Shown: positions 63,901 through 64,000 of the stretch, piece after piece
Position numbering within the stretch: the first letter of the stretch is position 1
Layout of the letters: each line of letters begins with the position of its first letter
Origin: Camelus ferus
Taxonomy: Eukaryota
Assembly (NCBI RefSeq): GCF_009834535.1
Contig: NC_045698.1
Coordinates: 5,706,001-5,770,000, forward strand
Reading direction: 5' to 3'
Length of the DNA: 64,000 nucleotides
Position numbers and translations under genes: made by a program
The notes under the pieces: model-generated
Database searches by the model: none
What the model was told of the DNA's origin: nothing
Seen by the model: the letters and a program-made list of their open reading frames with translations, nothing else

Positions 63901-64000
63901 TGTAATAAAAAGTTCCATGTAGTTTCAGAAATAAGAGAAGAGTAAATTTACTGTTTAAACCTACAGAACTCTGGTTCCTAAAGTGGTAAAAAACTCCTGA

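Overview
This is eutherian mammalian nuclear DNA, non-coding (intergenic or deep intronic). The young L1 3' ends are of cetartiodactyl type and I recognise no Alu, Bov-tA, CHR, PRE, SINEC or ERE SINE, which fits a camelid genome best (inference). I cannot support any protein-coding gene, RNA gene, CRISPR array or intact transposon; the ORF track looks like noise. The window is a mosaic of old L1M, L2, MIR, MaLR/ERVL and DNA-transposon fossils. It also holds at least six ERV1-type solo LTRs, four of them from one MER41/LTR39-like family with readable 4-bp TSDs, and three young 5'-truncated L1 inserts with TSDs. Between the repeats lie CpG-rich patches (~19.9-20.1, ~30.1-30.95, ~63.2-63.45 kb), TAAT-rich unique blocks and a few isolated exon-like splice-site pairs. 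I found no convincing novel biological system. The best leads are a possible unannotated spliced transcript or regulatory landscape, local AT->GC substitution bias, and the LTR cluster. Repeat family names come from recalled consensus sequences and need RepeatMasker/Dfam confirmation; boundaries without TSDs are approximate.
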